Positions 48,452 to 58,578 of a stretch of DNA of 64,000 bases are shown piece by piece. Origin of the DNA: Spirochaetales bacterium. GTDB taxonomy: Bacteria; Spirochaetota; Spirochaetia; JABEVK01. Each line of letters opens with the position of its first letter. Positions within the stretch are counted from its first letter, which is position 1. Location of the stretch: the NCBI GenBank assembly GCA_037142615.1, contig JBAXAI010000021.1, forward strand, positions 1 to 64,000. Direction: 5' to 3'. The notes under the pieces are model-generated. The model searched no databases and was not told where the DNA came from. It worked only from the letters and a program-made list of their open reading frames with translations. Position numbers and translations under genes: made by a program.

Positions 48452-48805
48452 ATGTCTGATGCCCCCAAACCGAAGCGACAGCGTTCTGCCATCAACGCTC
48501 TCAAAATCCTGAACAAACTGCGCCAGGAACGCGAACTTCCCAAGGCAAAGACCAAGGTAAAGGTCAGCCTCAAGCCGAAAAAGATCCTGATCACCGCCGA
48601 GATCAAAGAAGCCGTGACCCTTCAAGAGATCCAGAATCTGTTTCCGGCGGCCTTGACCGAGGCCCACTACGTGTTCAATGAAGACCAGAACACCAAGCTC
48701 GTCAAGGAAGTCGAGTTCCGCTTGAACCGAATCCGCAGCGGCAAGGACGAAGTTCCGGCGGCAACGAGCGTTGCCAAACCCCGCACCCGCACGAAAAAGG
48801 CCTAG
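48452..48805 (+). CDS. Hypothetical basic protein
   Basis: AGGAG RBS; Lys/Arg-rich 117-aa ORF. Confidence 0.6.
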   Translation: MSDAPKPKRQRSAINALKILNKLRQERELPKAKTKVKVSLKPKKILITAEIKEAVTLQEIQNLFPAALTEAHYVFNEDQNTKLVKEVEFRLNRIRSGKDEVPAATSVAKPRTRTKKA

Positions 48806-50430
48806 TTACCCAGGAGTTTCCCGTTCTTGTCGTAGCGGGCTTCGAGCAGGCGAGAGCCTCCGGGGCCCGTTTGAAAGCGCTTGATTGCTACGCCGGAGGA
48901 GTCTTCGGCGGGCTTCTCGTCGATGCCAAAGTGGCTTTCTTCGAGAAGGTTACCAAACTTGTCGTACGCCCACTGATAAATCGCCACGCCTTGGTTGTCT
49001 TCTTTGATTTGCGCCAGCACTCCCAGATTTGTTTGCTTAATTCGCATTCCGCGGGCGTCGTAGGCCCATTGATACGTTGCCACACCGCGCGGGTCTTCCT
49101 TGAGCGCCAGCCCGAGGCCAAAGTTGTGGCGACGCACCATGTTGCCCTTTTTGTCGTATTCCCAGCGCACGGTGGCGGTCCCCTGTTCGTTTTCCAACGG
49201 CAAACCCGGTGAGGCATAGTAGGCCTCTTCCGTGGGTAGGCCGAGTGAACTGAATTGCCGTCGGATCACCGGCACACCGGTCTCGTCAGGGGCGGGTTGC
49301 AGGTCGGCATTCCAGGTTTTAAGCTCCACTTCGTTGCCGTCGGGGTCGTACGAATGGCGGGTGATCGCGATCCCACGGAAGTCGTCCTTCAACAAGTACT
49401 TTTCCTCGGCCTCCTTTTGCGCTGCCGAAAGGTTTTCGTAGTAGACGTTGAGGGCCAGGCCGTAGGTTCGGCTTTCGAGTTCGTTCGTCTGGTCGTACCA
49501 GAGGTCTTTGCTGACGGCGATGCCGTTGTCGTCGAGCAACAACTGGTCGTCGGTGCCCCAGCGCGACACCTTCACCGAGTGCAGCCGGTCGTTCCACTCC
49601 GTTTTGTAGCGGGCTACCCCGGTCTTGTCGGGAATTGGCAGGCCACCAAGGTCCCAAAAGGCCTTCTCGACCACGCGGCCGCGCTTGTCGTAGGCCCAGG
49701 TGACGCGGCTGATTCCCTGGTAGTCGGCCGTGTTCTTGCCATCCGGGCCCAAGCGGGTTTCGGCCACGTTGTTGCCGTCGGCATCGTAGAGCCAGGAATA
49801 GCTGGTCACGCCCGTATTGGCTTCCATCGGCTTTCCGGCGGCATCGAGGAAGTTGGCACCCACCAGATACCCCAAACTGTCGTAACGGCTCTCGACTTCC
49901 CACACGCCGTTGCGGTCGCTGGTGCGGTTGCCGCTTTTGTCGAGGCGAAGTGAGCGCTTTCGTTGACCCTGAGCATCGGGAATCCACAGGTAGGCGCTGA
50001 TGCCGGCCGAGTCTTCCTTGAGGTTGCCCGCGAGGTCGTACTGGAACAGGTTGACGTAAAAGCCGGCCTCGTTTCGCTTGAGGCGTTGGCGGGCAATGCC
50101 GTCTACCCCGGCCACGTTTTGTCCGCGCGAGTTGAGCCAGGTGCGCACCTCGAACTCACCCTCGGTGCTGATGCGGATGCGGGAGGCTTGGAACACCGGG
50201 TCGGGCATGTTGCGGCCGCGCCGAAAGTACGCGACCTCTTGCAAGCCACCGGACTTGTCGAGGGTCACGGCGTAGGCGTCGGTAGTCGCTAAGTCACGGG
50301 CTTGTATAGGGTAACGACCCGAGAACCGGTAGCCTCCGTCGAGCTCGACCTTTTCGAAATACAGGGTTTCGGCCGGGACAGACACCGCACAGGCAACGAG
50401 TACCATCAGGGCAGCAAACGACTTGTTCAT
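48802..50430 (-). CDS. Secreted YD/RHS-like repeat protein
   Basis: Signal peptide; many units of G(I/V)A.Y.W.YD..G...E...G. Confidence 0.72.
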   Translation of the reverse strand: MNKSFAALMVLVACAVSVPAETLYFEKVELDGGYRFSGRYPIQARDLATTDAYAVTLDKSGGLQEVAYFRRGRNMPDPVFQASRIRISTEGEFEVRTWLNSRGQNVAGVDGIARQRLKRNEAGFYVNLFQYDLAGNLKEDSAGISAYLWIPDAQGQRKRSLRLDKSGNRTSDRNGVWEVESRYDSLGYLVGANFLDAAGKPMEANTGVTSYSWLYDADGNNVAETRLGPDGKNTADYQGISRVTWAYDKRGRVVEKAFWDLGGLPIPDKTGVARYKTEWNDRLHSVKVSRWGTDDQLLLDDNGIAVSKDLWYDQTNELESRTYGLALNVYYENLSAAQKEAEEKYLLKDDFRGIAITRHSYDPDGNEVELKTWNADLQPAPDETGVPVIRRQFSSLGLPTEEAYYASPGLPLENEQGTATVRWEYDKKGNMVRRHNFGLGLALKEDPRGVATYQWAYDARGMRIKQTNLGVLAQIKEDNQGVAIYQWAYDKFGNLLEESHFGIDEKPAEDSSGVAIKRFQTGPGGSRLLEARYDKNGKLLGN

Positions 50431-50499
50431 GGCCCTCAAGGCTAGCACGGATTGACAGGGGGCGCAAGAAAGCCGACCATCGGACCTCTGGAGTACCCG

Positions 50500-51519
50500 A
50501 TGGAAACCATGGATTTTCGCAGCGATACGCTCACCCGCCCCACCCCGGCGGTCCGGGAGGTGATGGCCCGTGCCGAAGTGGGCGATGATGTTTACGGCGA
50601 GGACCCTACCGTCAACCGACTGCAGGACGTGACCGCCGAACTGCTGGGCAAGGAAGCCGCGCTGTTCGTGTCGTCTGGCACGATGGGCAACCTGATCAGC
50701 CTGTACTTGCAGGCCGGTCGCGGCGGAGAGGTTTTGGCCCACAAAGACAGCCATATCATCCACTACGAACTTGCCTCGGGGGCCGCGATTGCGGGTTGCC
50801 AAATCCTCCCGGCGTCAGGCGCAAGGGGCGTGCTGACCGCCGAAGTGCTCGAGCCGCTGGTGCGCGGACCGATCTACTACAACGCGCGGACCACGCTGAT
50901 CGAAATCGAGAACACGGGCAATCTGGCCGGAGGTACCTGCTACAGCCTGGCAGAACTGAACGCGCTGGGGACCTGGGCCCGGAGCCGCGCGCTCCCCGTG
51001 CACCTCGACGGCGCTCGGTTGTGGAACGCGGTGGTTGCAACCCGAAGCTCGCCCGCAGCGCTGGCGGCGGTGGCCGACACCGTGACGGTGTGCCTGTCCA
51101 AAGGCCTCGGAGCCCCGGTGGGCAGCGTTCTTGCGGGGAGCAAGGCCTTTGTCGCCGAAGCCCGGCGGGTTCGCAAAATGCTCGGCGGCGGAATGCGGCA
51201 GGCGGGGGTTTTGGCGGCTGCCGGACTCTACGTGCTGGAACACCATCGGGACCGCCTGGCCGACGACCACGAGCATGCACGCTTGCTGGCCGAGGCCCTC
51301 CAGGCGAGCGGCTGGGCACAGGTGCCTGTGGCGCCAGAAACCAACATCGTTTTTGCCGATACGCCCCGCCACGAGAGCGCCGACGTCGTGGCCAAACTCG
51401 AGGCCCACGGGGTTCGTTGCAGCGCGATGGGCGCCCACCGCGTTCGCTTCGTGACCCATCTCGATGTCAGCCGTGCGGCGACGAAAAAAGCTTGCGAAAT
51501 TCTCGCATCGATTTATTGA
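50500..51519 (+). CDS. ltaE: Low-specificity L-threonine aldolase
   Basis: DFRSDT, VGDDVYGEDPTVN, HLDGARLWNA, CLSKGLGAPVGS. Confidence 0.93.
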   Translation: METMDFRSDTLTRPTPAVREVMARAEVGDDVYGEDPTVNRLQDVTAELLGKEAALFVSSGTMGNLISLYLQAGRGGEVLAHKDSHIIHYELASGAAIAGCQILPASGARGVLTAEVLEPLVRGPIYYNARTTLIEIENTGNLAGGTCYSLAELNALGTWARSRALPVHLDGARLWNAVVATRSSPAALAAVADTVTVCLSKGLGAPVGSVLAGSKAFVAEARRVRKMLGGGMRQAGVLAAAGLYVLEHHRDRLADDHEHARLLAEALQASGWAQVPVAPETNIVFADTPRHESADVVAKLEAHGVRCSAMGAHRVRFVTHLDVSRAATKKACEILASIY

Positions 51520-51527
51520 GGTTTTCC

Positions 51528-51555
51528 TTGCCATTTTGGGGAATGGTGCTAAATT
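51528..51555 (+). promoter_or_regulatory. Candidate sigma70 promoter of the leader/DinB unit
   Basis: TTGCCA - 16 nt - TAAATT with extended -10 TG. Confidence 0.45.
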
Positions 51556-51572
51556 TGAGTCAGGGAGGTTCA

Positions 51573-51644
51573 ATGAAACAAAACATACTACGCGGGATAC
51601 CGCTTCAAAACGGACCGTTGGCCTTGATGGTGAGCCCTAACTGA
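51573..51644 (+). CDS. Putative 23-aa leader peptide MKQNILRGIPLQNGPLALMVSPN
   Basis: GGGAGG RBS before the ATG; lies between the promoter and the terminator. Confidence 0.5.
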   Translation: MKQNILRGIPLQNGPLALMVSPN

Positions 51645-51716
51645 GAACTTCGGTTCTCTTCTGCAAGACATGTAAGAACTAGGGTATTTGATCCTGTATC
51701 AAGCGCCTACGTTGCT

Positions 51717-51762
51717 GACCGTTTTTCGGGATTTCAAGTCCTGAAAAACGGTCTTTTTTTTT
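51717..51762 (+). terminator. Intrinsic terminator (possible attenuator) directly before the DinB-family gene
   Basis: GACCGTTTTTCGGGA...TCCTGAAAAACGGTC stem + T9, then AAGGAG and ATG. Confidence 0.85.
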
Positions 51763-51773
51763 AAGGAGCAATC

Positions 51774-52283
51774 ATGAACCCACGCCTCGAATTGATTCAC
51801 AACCAGACGGAACGCGAGTTCCGCGGCCACACCTTCAACGGCAAGTCGCTGATGGAAACCTGTCGTCCGCTGACCGCCGGGCAAGCCTTTGACACCAAGA
51901 CCTACGAAGGCTTCAGCGCCTGGGATAACTTGGCCCACTGCGTGTACTTCAAGTTTGTGTTGCTGCGCCACTTGGGAGGCGCCGGCCCCGTCGAGCCCTA
52001 CCCGTGGAAGGAAGGGAGCTTTCCTCCGGCACCCGAGACGCCGACGCCGGTGGCCACCGAAGCTTCGTGGAGGGCCTCGCTCGACTACGCCGAAGCCGTT
52101 CACGACGCCTACCAGCACACGCTGGAAACCCTGGACGGCGGGCGCCTTTCGGAGGCCTTTGACCTGTGGGAGTGCACGCTAGGCGACGCCATCGTCTGGG
52201 TGGCGACCCACGATACCTACCACACGGCCCAGATCCGCAACATGGGGCTCGAAATCTTCCGCAAGCCGCGCAAACCGGCCTGA
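51774..52283 (+). CDS. DinB/YfiT-family protein
   Basis: SAWDNLAH and HDTYHTAQI His motifs. Confidence 0.8.
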   Translation: MNPRLELIHNQTEREFRGHTFNGKSLMETCRPLTAGQAFDTKTYEGFSAWDNLAHCVYFKFVLLRHLGGAGPVEPYPWKEGSFPPAPETPTPVATEASWRASLDYAEAVHDAYQHTLETLDGGRLSEAFDLWECTLGDAIVWVATHDTYHTAQIRNMGLEIFRKPRKPA

Positions 52284-52302
52284 CCCTGCACCCGTAAGGG
52301 TT

Positions 52303-53454
52303 CTACAGCTTGAGCGACCAGTCGGCAATTTGCTCCAACCGGTGGATGATGGGCAAGTGCTGAGTGCAGCGCGCCTCGCATTCGCCGCACTGGACGCACG
52401 AGGCCGCTTGGTCGGCGCTCACGCCCCAGTGGCCCTTGAGCATGCCCAAGGTGTCTTTGGGCTCACCGAAGATCTGCTCGTTGTAGCTGAGCATGAACTT
52501 GGGTATGGGAATGTCCTGGGGGCAAGGCAGACAGTACTGACAGCCGGTACACAGCGTATCGAGGGCTTCCGCGGTGCGGTCTTCCAACAGGGCCTTGCGG
52601 GCCGTGACAAAGCCCTTTCGGGCCTGAACGGAACCGGACGCCGCGGCCCCCTCGCCCAGGGCCCTGCCGACTTCGCAGTTCTGGCGAACCTCGCTCAGGT
52701 CGCCCATGCCGGCCAGAACCACGCTGATTTCTTCGTGGGCGACGTTGAACCTGAGGGCAGCATCGACCACGGTGGCGTCGGCCGGCGACTTGAGAAAGCC
52801 GAGTTTTTCGCCACGGTGAGGAATGACGCCTCCACCGAGCGGGTTCATTGTCACCACGCCCAGGCCCCGTGCGGCAGCGGCAGCCAAACCCTGCTGACGG
52901 AAGCGGAAGTTGAGGATGTTGTAGCCGAGGGTGATGCCCTCGAACAACCCTTCGTTCACCATGGTTTCGATTTCGGCGCCGTTGCAGTGCGTCGAAAACA
53001 CCACGTGGTCGACGAGCCCTTCGGACTGAGCCTTTTTCGCGGCTTCGTACGCCCCGCCCGGTACCAGGCGGCTGCGGTAATCGTCGAGGTTGAGCACGCA
53101 CCAAATGTGCAGAAAGGTCACCTTGGGCAACTTGAGGCGGATCAGCGAAGTTTCGAGCTGAGCACGGAGCTTGGCGCCGTCCTTCTCGCCAGACTTGGTC
53201 GATACGTAGAGGGGAGCACCCGACTTCTGCAGGGTAGCCATGGCGTGGCCGAAGATCTTTTCGCTCTGATCGTCGCAGTAGTAGGGGGCCGTGTCGAAGT
53301 AGTTGACTCCCAGCTTTTGCGCCTCGATCAGCAGCTGCGCCCCCGCGTCGTAGTCGTACTCGGGGCGGGACTCGTCGATACGACGGAAGCGCATGCCACC
53401 AAAGCCGATGGCCGAGACCATCTTGCCGGTTGAACCGTAGGGTTTGTACCACAT
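52303..53454 (-). CDS. Aldo/keto reductase with C-terminal Fe-S domain
   Basis: GFGGMR, NYFDTAPYY, MNPLGGG, CTGCQYCLPCP, CVQCGECEARC. Confidence 0.9.
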   Translation of the reverse strand: MWYKPYGSTGKMVSAIGFGGMRFRRIDESRPEYDYDAGAQLLIEAQKLGVNYFDTAPYYCDDQSEKIFGHAMATLQKSGAPLYVSTKSGEKDGAKLRAQLETSLIRLKLPKVTFLHIWCVLNLDDYRSRLVPGGAYEAAKKAQSEGLVDHVVFSTHCNGAEIETMVNEGLFEGITLGYNILNFRFRQQGLAAAAARGLGVVTMNPLGGGVIPHRGEKLGFLKSPADATVVDAALRFNVAHEEISVVLAGMGDLSEVRQNCEVGRALGEGAAASGSVQARKGFVTARKALLEDRTAEALDTLCTGCQYCLPCPQDIPIPKFMLSYNEQIFGEPKDTLGMLKGHWGVSADQAASCVQCGECEARCTQHLPIIHRLEQIADWSLKL

Positions 53455-53466
53455 GAGTTAAGTCTA

Positions 53467-54624
53467 CTACACATGCGACAACTGGGGCCAGTACAGCGGG
53501 AGCGGAAACCCCCGCCGAACGACCTCGTGCTCGGCCCACATCGGTGCCAGGCCTTCGGGAGCCCAGGGTCCAAAGAGCAGCCTCGCCCAGGCGGCACGGC
53601 TGAGGGTCAGTTCGGGGAGGCCGGTGGTCTCGTGGTCCGCTGGGGAAGCCTCGCCACCGCGCAGCACCACCCTCTCGCCCGACTCGGCCAGTTGGAAGAC
53701 GACCGCTGGGCCACCACCGAGACGCTCGTGGAGCACGGGCGTGTAGGCCTTCAGCACGGGCAGCAGCTGGAACACCCGCACCTGGCCGGCCAAAGCGCCT
53801 TCGTAGTGGGCGGCGTAGCGCTCCAAAAGGGCCTCGAGCTCGCCGCACCCCCAGGTGGGAGGCAAGACGGCGGAAAAGCCCTCCTGAGCCAGAAAGGCCT
53901 GCAACAGCGCCTCGAACGGCACAGGGTCGCCACCGTACCCGGCAAGATTCCCCTTGCGGAACACGACGTAGGCAAACCCGCCGTCGTCGAGGGTGTACAC
54001 GGCGAGGCCGGAGCGGCGCAGCACCGCCGGGAAGACGACCGGCGACCACGATTCGTGGTAGGGCAACCTTTGGTGGGCCCGCGCGATCTTGGCGGCCACT
54101 GCGGGGTCGCCATTCCAGCGCCTGGGAGGGCTCGGTGAGGCAAAGTTGGCGGCTAACTGGCCGGGTTGGCCCTCGTAGGTGCGGTTTTCCAGCACGAGGC
54201 GACGGCTTGACCCGGCCAGTTCCCAGCCGTAGTTGCGGTAGCGGCGCCGGTCGCCGTCGAGCAGGCTCAGGTGGCAGCCCTGGGAGTCCATGTGGGCGAT
54301 CACAGACTCGAGCAGTTTCGACATCAGCCCCTTGCTGCGGTGCTCGGGGACGCAGAACACCTGACCGACACCGCCCACCTTCAGCGAGATGCCGTGGGGA
54401 AGTTCCAAGGTTTGGGGAACCACTTGAATGCCGGCAGCGATCTGACCGTCGACTTCGGCCAGGCTGAAGCCCGCCATGCACTCGGCGTCGGGTCGCAGCA
54501 CATCGGGGTAAAGGTCTTCGAAGCGCTCGATTCCCCTGAGGTCGGTGGCAAACGAACGCACCAGGTTGTCAAGTACGGCGGGGTAGTCGGCGGGTCTTCC
54601 GGCCCGAAGGGTCACTTCGGCCAT
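53467..54624 (-). CDS. GNAT N-acetyltransferase (Eis-like)
   Basis: VGQVFCVPEHRSKGLMSKLL, RYRNYGWE. Confidence 0.8.
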   Translation of the reverse strand: MAEVTLRAGRPADYPAVLDNLVRSFATDLRGIERFEDLYPDVLRPDAECMAGFSLAEVDGQIAAGIQVVPQTLELPHGISLKVGGVGQVFCVPEHRSKGLMSKLLESVIAHMDSQGCHLSLLDGDRRRYRNYGWELAGSSRRLVLENRTYEGQPGQLAANFASPSPPRRWNGDPAVAAKIARAHQRLPYHESWSPVVFPAVLRRSGLAVYTLDDGGFAYVVFRKGNLAGYGGDPVPFEALLQAFLAQEGFSAVLPPTWGCGELEALLERYAAHYEGALAGQVRVFQLLPVLKAYTPVLHERLGGGPAVVFQLAESGERVVLRGGEASPADHETTGLPELTLSRAAWARLLFGPWAPEGLAPMWAEHEVVRRGFPLPLYWPQLSHV

Positions 54625-54627
54625 CGG

Positions 54628-57105
54628 TCAGCCCCGAATCACGATGTTCACCAGCTTGTTCGGCACGGTGATGATTTTGACGATCTCTTTGCCTTCCGTG
54701 AGCGCCACGATGCGGGCGTCGCTGCGGGCCAGTTTTTCCATTTCGGCGGCCGCCAAGCCCGCGGGAACCACCAGCTTGCTGCGGATCTTGCCGTTGATCT
54801 GGAACACCATTTCGACCTCGTCGTCGGCGCACAGGGCCTCTTCCCAGGTGGGCCACGCCACGCGACTGAGGCCGCCGGTCTCGCCCAAGCGCTCCCAAAG
54901 TTCTTCGGCCAGATGCGGTGCTGTCGGGCTCAGCAACACGACGAAAGGCTTCCAGATGCTCAAGGGCAACTCGGGACCAGATGGCCCTTCGGTCCCAGCG
55001 GCCAATTCGTTGAGGTAGATCATCATCGCGCTGATGGCGGTGTTGAAGGCCAGGGCTTCGGTGTCTTGAGTCACCTTTTTGATGGTGCGGTGCAACACTT
55101 TGAGCTGGGCCTTGGTCGGCTCGGCAGTGGTGAAGTTCAGGTCTTCAGCGGCCCGCCAAATGCGCTGCAAAAAGCGGTTGACGCCGACCACGCCGTTGCT
55201 GTTCCAGGGTTTGGCGTCTTGCAGCGGCCCCATGAACATCTCGTAGGCGCGCAGGGTGTCGGCACCGAACTGGCCCACGATCTCGTCGGGGTTGATCGAG
55301 GTGCCCGAGCTTTTGCTCATCTTCTGGCCGTTTTCGCCCAGGATCATGCCCTGGTTGACCAGCCGCTGGAACGGCTCCTTGGTGCCCACCAAACCCAGAT
55401 CGTACAACACTTTGTGCCAAAAGCGGCTGTACAGCAGGTGCAGCACCGCGTGCTCGGCGCCGCCGACGTAAAGGTCGACGTTGCCCCAGTAGTCGAGCTT
55501 GGCCTTGTCGGCAAAAGCCTTGGTGTTTTTCGGGTCGATGTAGCGCAGGTAGTACCAGCAACTGCCGGCCCACTGCGGCATGGTGTTGGTTTCGCGCTTG
55601 GCGGGGCCACCGCAGTCGGGGCACGTCGTAGTGACCCAACTGTCGATGGCCGCCAGCGGGCTCTCACCGGTGCCGGTGGGGGTGTAGCTTTTCACGTCGG
55701 GCAACAGCAGGGGCAGTTGGTCCTCGCGCAGCGGTACAATGCCGCACTTGGCGCAATGGACCACCGGAATCGGCTCGCCCCAGTAGCGCTGGCGGCTGAA
55801 AATCCAGTCGCGCAGCTTGTAGTTGACCGCCTTTTTGCCGATGCCCTGGGCTTCGAGCCGGGCGGTGATCTTCTTTTTGAAGCTCTCGCTGTCGGAACCC
55901 GAGAACTCGCCGCTGTTGACGGCCTTGCCGGGGCCGGTGTAGCAAGCCGTCAGGCCGCCTTCGGTGGCCACGCCCGGGGATGTTCCATCCGACGGGGCAA
56001 TCACTTCGATCACGGGGAGGCCGAACTTCTTCGCGAACGCCCAGTCGCGTTCGTCGTGCGCGGGCACGGCCATGATGGCGCCGAAGCCGTAGTTGGCCAA
56101 CACGTAGTCGCCAATCCAGACAGGCACCTGCGCGCCGTTCACGGGGTTGACGGCATAGGCACCAGTGAACACGCCGGTTTTTTCCTTGGCCAGTTCGGTG
56201 CGCTCGAGGTCGCTCTTGAGGCGGGCGGCCTTCTGGTACGCCTCGACGGACGCCTTTTGCGCGGGTGTGGTGATGGCGTCGACCAGCGCATGATCGGGGG
56301 CCAGCACCATATACGTGACGCCGAACAGGGTGTCGGGCCGGGTCGTGTAGACTTGGAAGGTCGTCGAGCCGGGTTTCCCACCGGCGTCCACGACGGCAAA
56401 GGTCACGTTGGCGCCTTCACTGCGGCCGATCCAGTTGCGCTGCATCAACTTGATGCTTTCGGACCAGTCGACCTCGGCAAGGTCGTCTTCCAAGCGGTCG
56501 CCGTAGGCGGTGATTTTGAGCACCCATTGGCGCAGATTGCGGCGCTCGACAGGTGTGCCGCAGCGGTCGCACTTGCCGTCGACCACCTCTTCGTTGGCCA
56601 GGCCGGTGAGGCAGCTCGGGCACCAGTTGATGGGCATCATGGCCTCGTACGCCAGGCCCTTCTTGAACAGCTGCAGGAAGATCCACTGCGTCCAGTGGTA
56701 GTACTCGGAGGTGTGGGTGCTGACTTCGCGGTCCCAGTCGTAGCTGAAGCCGAGGCTTTTGATCTGTCGGCGGAAAACAGCGATGTTGGCCTCGGTGGTG
56801 GCCAGCGGGTGAGTCCCGGTCTTGATGGCGTAGTTTTCGGCGGGAAGCCCGAAGCTGTCGAAGCCCATCGGGTGGAGCACGTTGAAGCCGTTGTGGCGCT
56901 TGAACCGGCACCAGATATCGGTGGCGGTGTAGCCCTCGGGATGGCCGACGTGAAGTCCGCTGCCCGACGGATACGGGAACATGTCGAGCACGTAGAGCCG
57001 CTTGTCGGCCGGAAACTGGGGGTCTTCGACGGCACGGAAGGTCTTGTCGGCCTCCCAGCGGGCCTGCCACTTGGGTTCGATGTCGGAATGCGGGTACTTG
57101 CTCAT
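54628..57105 (-). CDS. leuS: Leucine--tRNA ligase
   Basis: [14 protein letters not shown] (HIGH), [17 protein letters not shown]. Confidence 0.98.
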   Translation of the reverse strand: MSKYPHSDIEPKWQARWEADKTFRAVEDPQFPADKRLYVLDMFPYPSGSGLHVGHPEGYTATDIWCRFKRHNGFNVLHPMGFDSFGLPAENYAIKTGTHPLATTEANIAVFRRQIKSLGFSYDWDREVSTHTSEYYHWTQWIFLQLFKKGLAYEAMMPINWCPSCLTGLANEEVVDGKCDRCGTPVERRNLRQWVLKITAYGDRLEDDLAEVDWSESIKLMQRNWIGRSEGANVTFAVVDAGGKPGSTTFQVYTTRPDTLFGVTYMVLAPDHALVDAITTPAQKASVEAYQKAARLKSDLERTELAKEKTGVFTGAYAVNPVNGAQVPVWIGDYVLANYGFGAIMAVPAHDERDWAFAKKFGLPVIEVIAPSDGTSPGVATEGGLTACYTGPGKAVNSGEFSGSDSESFKKKITARLEAQGIGKKAVNYKLRDWIFSRQRYWGEPIPVVHCAKCGIVPLREDQLPLLLPDVKSYTPTGTGESPLAAIDSWVTTTCPDCGGPAKRETNTMPQWAGSCWYYLRYIDPKNTKAFADKAKLDYWGNVDLYVGGAEHAVLHLLYSRFWHKVLYDLGLVGTKEPFQRLVNQGMILGENGQKMSKSSGTSINPDEIVGQFGADTLRAYEMFMGPLQDAKPWNSNGVVGVNRFLQRIWRAAEDLNFTTAEPTKAQLKVLHRTIKKVTQDTEALAFNTAISAMMIYLNELAAGTEGPSGPELPLSIWKPFVVLLSPTAPHLAEELWERLGETGGLSRVAWPTWEEALCADDEVEMVFQINGKIRSKLVVPAGLAAAEMEKLARSDARIVALTEGKEIVKIITVPNKLVNIVIRG

Positions 57106-57185
57106 GGGGGATGATTTTAGCTAAGTCGAGCCCCCAGCGCAAGCAGAACGCCCTCCTTCCCCGTTTGTCAGGGAAGGAGTAAACT

Positions 57186-58181
57186 ATGGATATGAGACGG
57201 ATTCGGGCAACGAGCGATGTGGTGTTCAAGTACCTCTTCGGAGCCAAAAGCAGCACGGAGATCTTGCGGGCATTCATCAATGCTGTACAGAAGCACGCGG
57301 GGATGGAGGAGTTCACCTCGCTCGAGATCGTCAACCCTGTCGGCGAACGCGAATATGCGTCGGCCAAGTCCACCATCATCGACGTCAAGGCGAAGGCCCC
57401 AGACGGGACCGTGGTCAATGTCGAGGTTCAGGTGCGGACTCAGGCCGAGTACGGCGAGCGAAGCCTGTACTACTGGGCGCACAGCTACGTGGAACAGATC
57501 GAAGAAGGCGACCGATACACCAAACTCATGCCGGTGGTCAGCGTCAGCCTGCTCAACTTCAATCTCTTCCCCGACGAGATTCCTTTTCATTCCACCTTTG
57601 GGCTGTTTGAACGCAACCACCCGGAAGTATGCTTGACCGAAGACTGCGTGATGCATTATCTGGAACTGAAGAAGTTACCTGACGAGGAGCGTTCCGACCT
57701 GGCCGACTGGCTGTACGCGCTCAAACATTTGGACGAACTGGAGGGACCCATGATCGTGTTGCTCGAAAGAAACCACAGCATTCAGGAACTGGCCAACCGT
57801 TACTACCGCTACGAGAAAGATTCCGAAGCCCAACTGGCCTACAAGGCCCGCATGAAACAGCAAATGGACGACGCCAGTTTCTTGTGGAATGCCGAGAAAG
57901 AAGGCCTCGAAAGGGGAATGGCGGAAGGGATTGCCAAGGGAATGGCCAAGGGAATGGCCAAGGGAATGGCGGAAGGGATTGCAGAAGGGATGACGCAAGG
58001 AATGACGCAAGGGATGGCGCAAGGGATTGCAGAAGGGATGACAAAGGGTGAAGCGAAAGGCATAGCTAAAGGTGAGCGTCGCAAGGCCCTGGAACTCGCC
58101 GCCAAGCTGCTGGCCAAGGGCCTGCCCCGCGAAGAAGTGCTTGAGCTGACGGGCCTGAACGACACCGATCTTGACCCCTGA
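57186..58181 (+). CDS. Rpn-family (PD-(D/E)XK) recombination-promoting nuclease / putative transposase
   Basis: DVVFKYLFG, IIDV, NVEVQ, RSLYYWA, HYLELKK; C-terminal G.AEG/AKG repeats and ELTGL. Confidence 0.92.
   Translation: MDMRRIRATSDVVFKYLFGAKSSTEILRAFINAVQKHAGMEEFTSLEIVNPVGEREYASAKSTIIDVKAKAPDGTVVNVEVQVRTQAEYGERSLYYWAHSYVEQIEEGDRYTKLMPVVSVSLLNFNLFPDEIPFHSTFGLFERNHPEVCLTEDCVMHYLELKKLPDEERSDLADWLYALKHLDELEGPMIVLLERNHSIQELANRYYRYEKDSEAQLAYKARMKQQMDDASFLWNAEKEGLERGMAEGIAKGMAKGMAKGMAEGIAEGMTQGMTQGMAQGIAEGMTKGEAKGIAKGERRKALELAAKLLAKGLPREEVLELTGLNDTDLDP
57914..58073 (+). repeat. 12-bp degenerate tandem repeat encoding G(M/I)(A/T)(E/K/Q)
   Basis: ~13 units such as GGAATGGCCAAG, GGGATTGCAGAA, GGAATGACGCAA. 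Confidence 0.88.
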
Positions 58182-58578
58182 CCTTGAGTCTCTCAAGGCC
58201 GCCTACCGCAAGGCAGCTCTCGCCCTGCACCCGGATCACAACCCCGACCCCGAGGCGCATCACCGGTTCCGTACGCTGACCGACGAGTACCGGCACCAGC
58301 TGAAGTTTTTTCAGGCTGCAGCCGACTTTCGGCGCTTTCGCACCCCGCGAGCCAACGACCTGAGCCCGGAAGAGCAGTTGCGACTGCTTCACGCCGATTG
58401 GAAGAAAGCGCTGAATCGCTGGACCGAGGGCGAGTTGGAAGAGGTGGTGCGGGGTCTGCCGCGGCGAGTTTGGGCGCTGGCCGCACTGGCGTCAGCGGAC
58501 TGCAGCGCGGCTTCGCTCACGTCGCAGCGCGAAGCGTGGGCTTTGGTGAGTCAGCCCGCCAGGCCACGCCGCACCTGA
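58171..58578 (+). CDS. J-domain protein, possibly N-terminally truncated
   Basis: LKAAYRKAALALHPDHNP...F..L...Y. Confidence 0.6.
   Translation: MTPDLESLKAAYRKAALALHPDHNPDPEAHHRFRTLTDEYRHQLKFFQAAADFRRFRTPRANDLSPEEQLRLLHADWKKALNRWTEGELEEVVRGLPRRVWALAALASADCSAASLTSQREAWALVSQPARPRRT

Noticed and set aside
51520-51774. T-box, known riboswitch or type I toxin
   Set aside because: No T-box or familiar aptamer consensus seen; the 23-aa peptide lacks a hydrophobic TM stretch
54271-57114. Long antisense or alternate-frame ORFs (also 28397-30541, 52463-54481, 33805-35328, 45803-47404, 13259-14803)
   Set aside because: They overlap well-supported genes, carry no motifs, and are expected from GC-rich codon bias
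57186-58181. Active IS element
   Set aside because: No terminal inverted repeats or target duplication seen; Rpn proteins are not shown to be transposases
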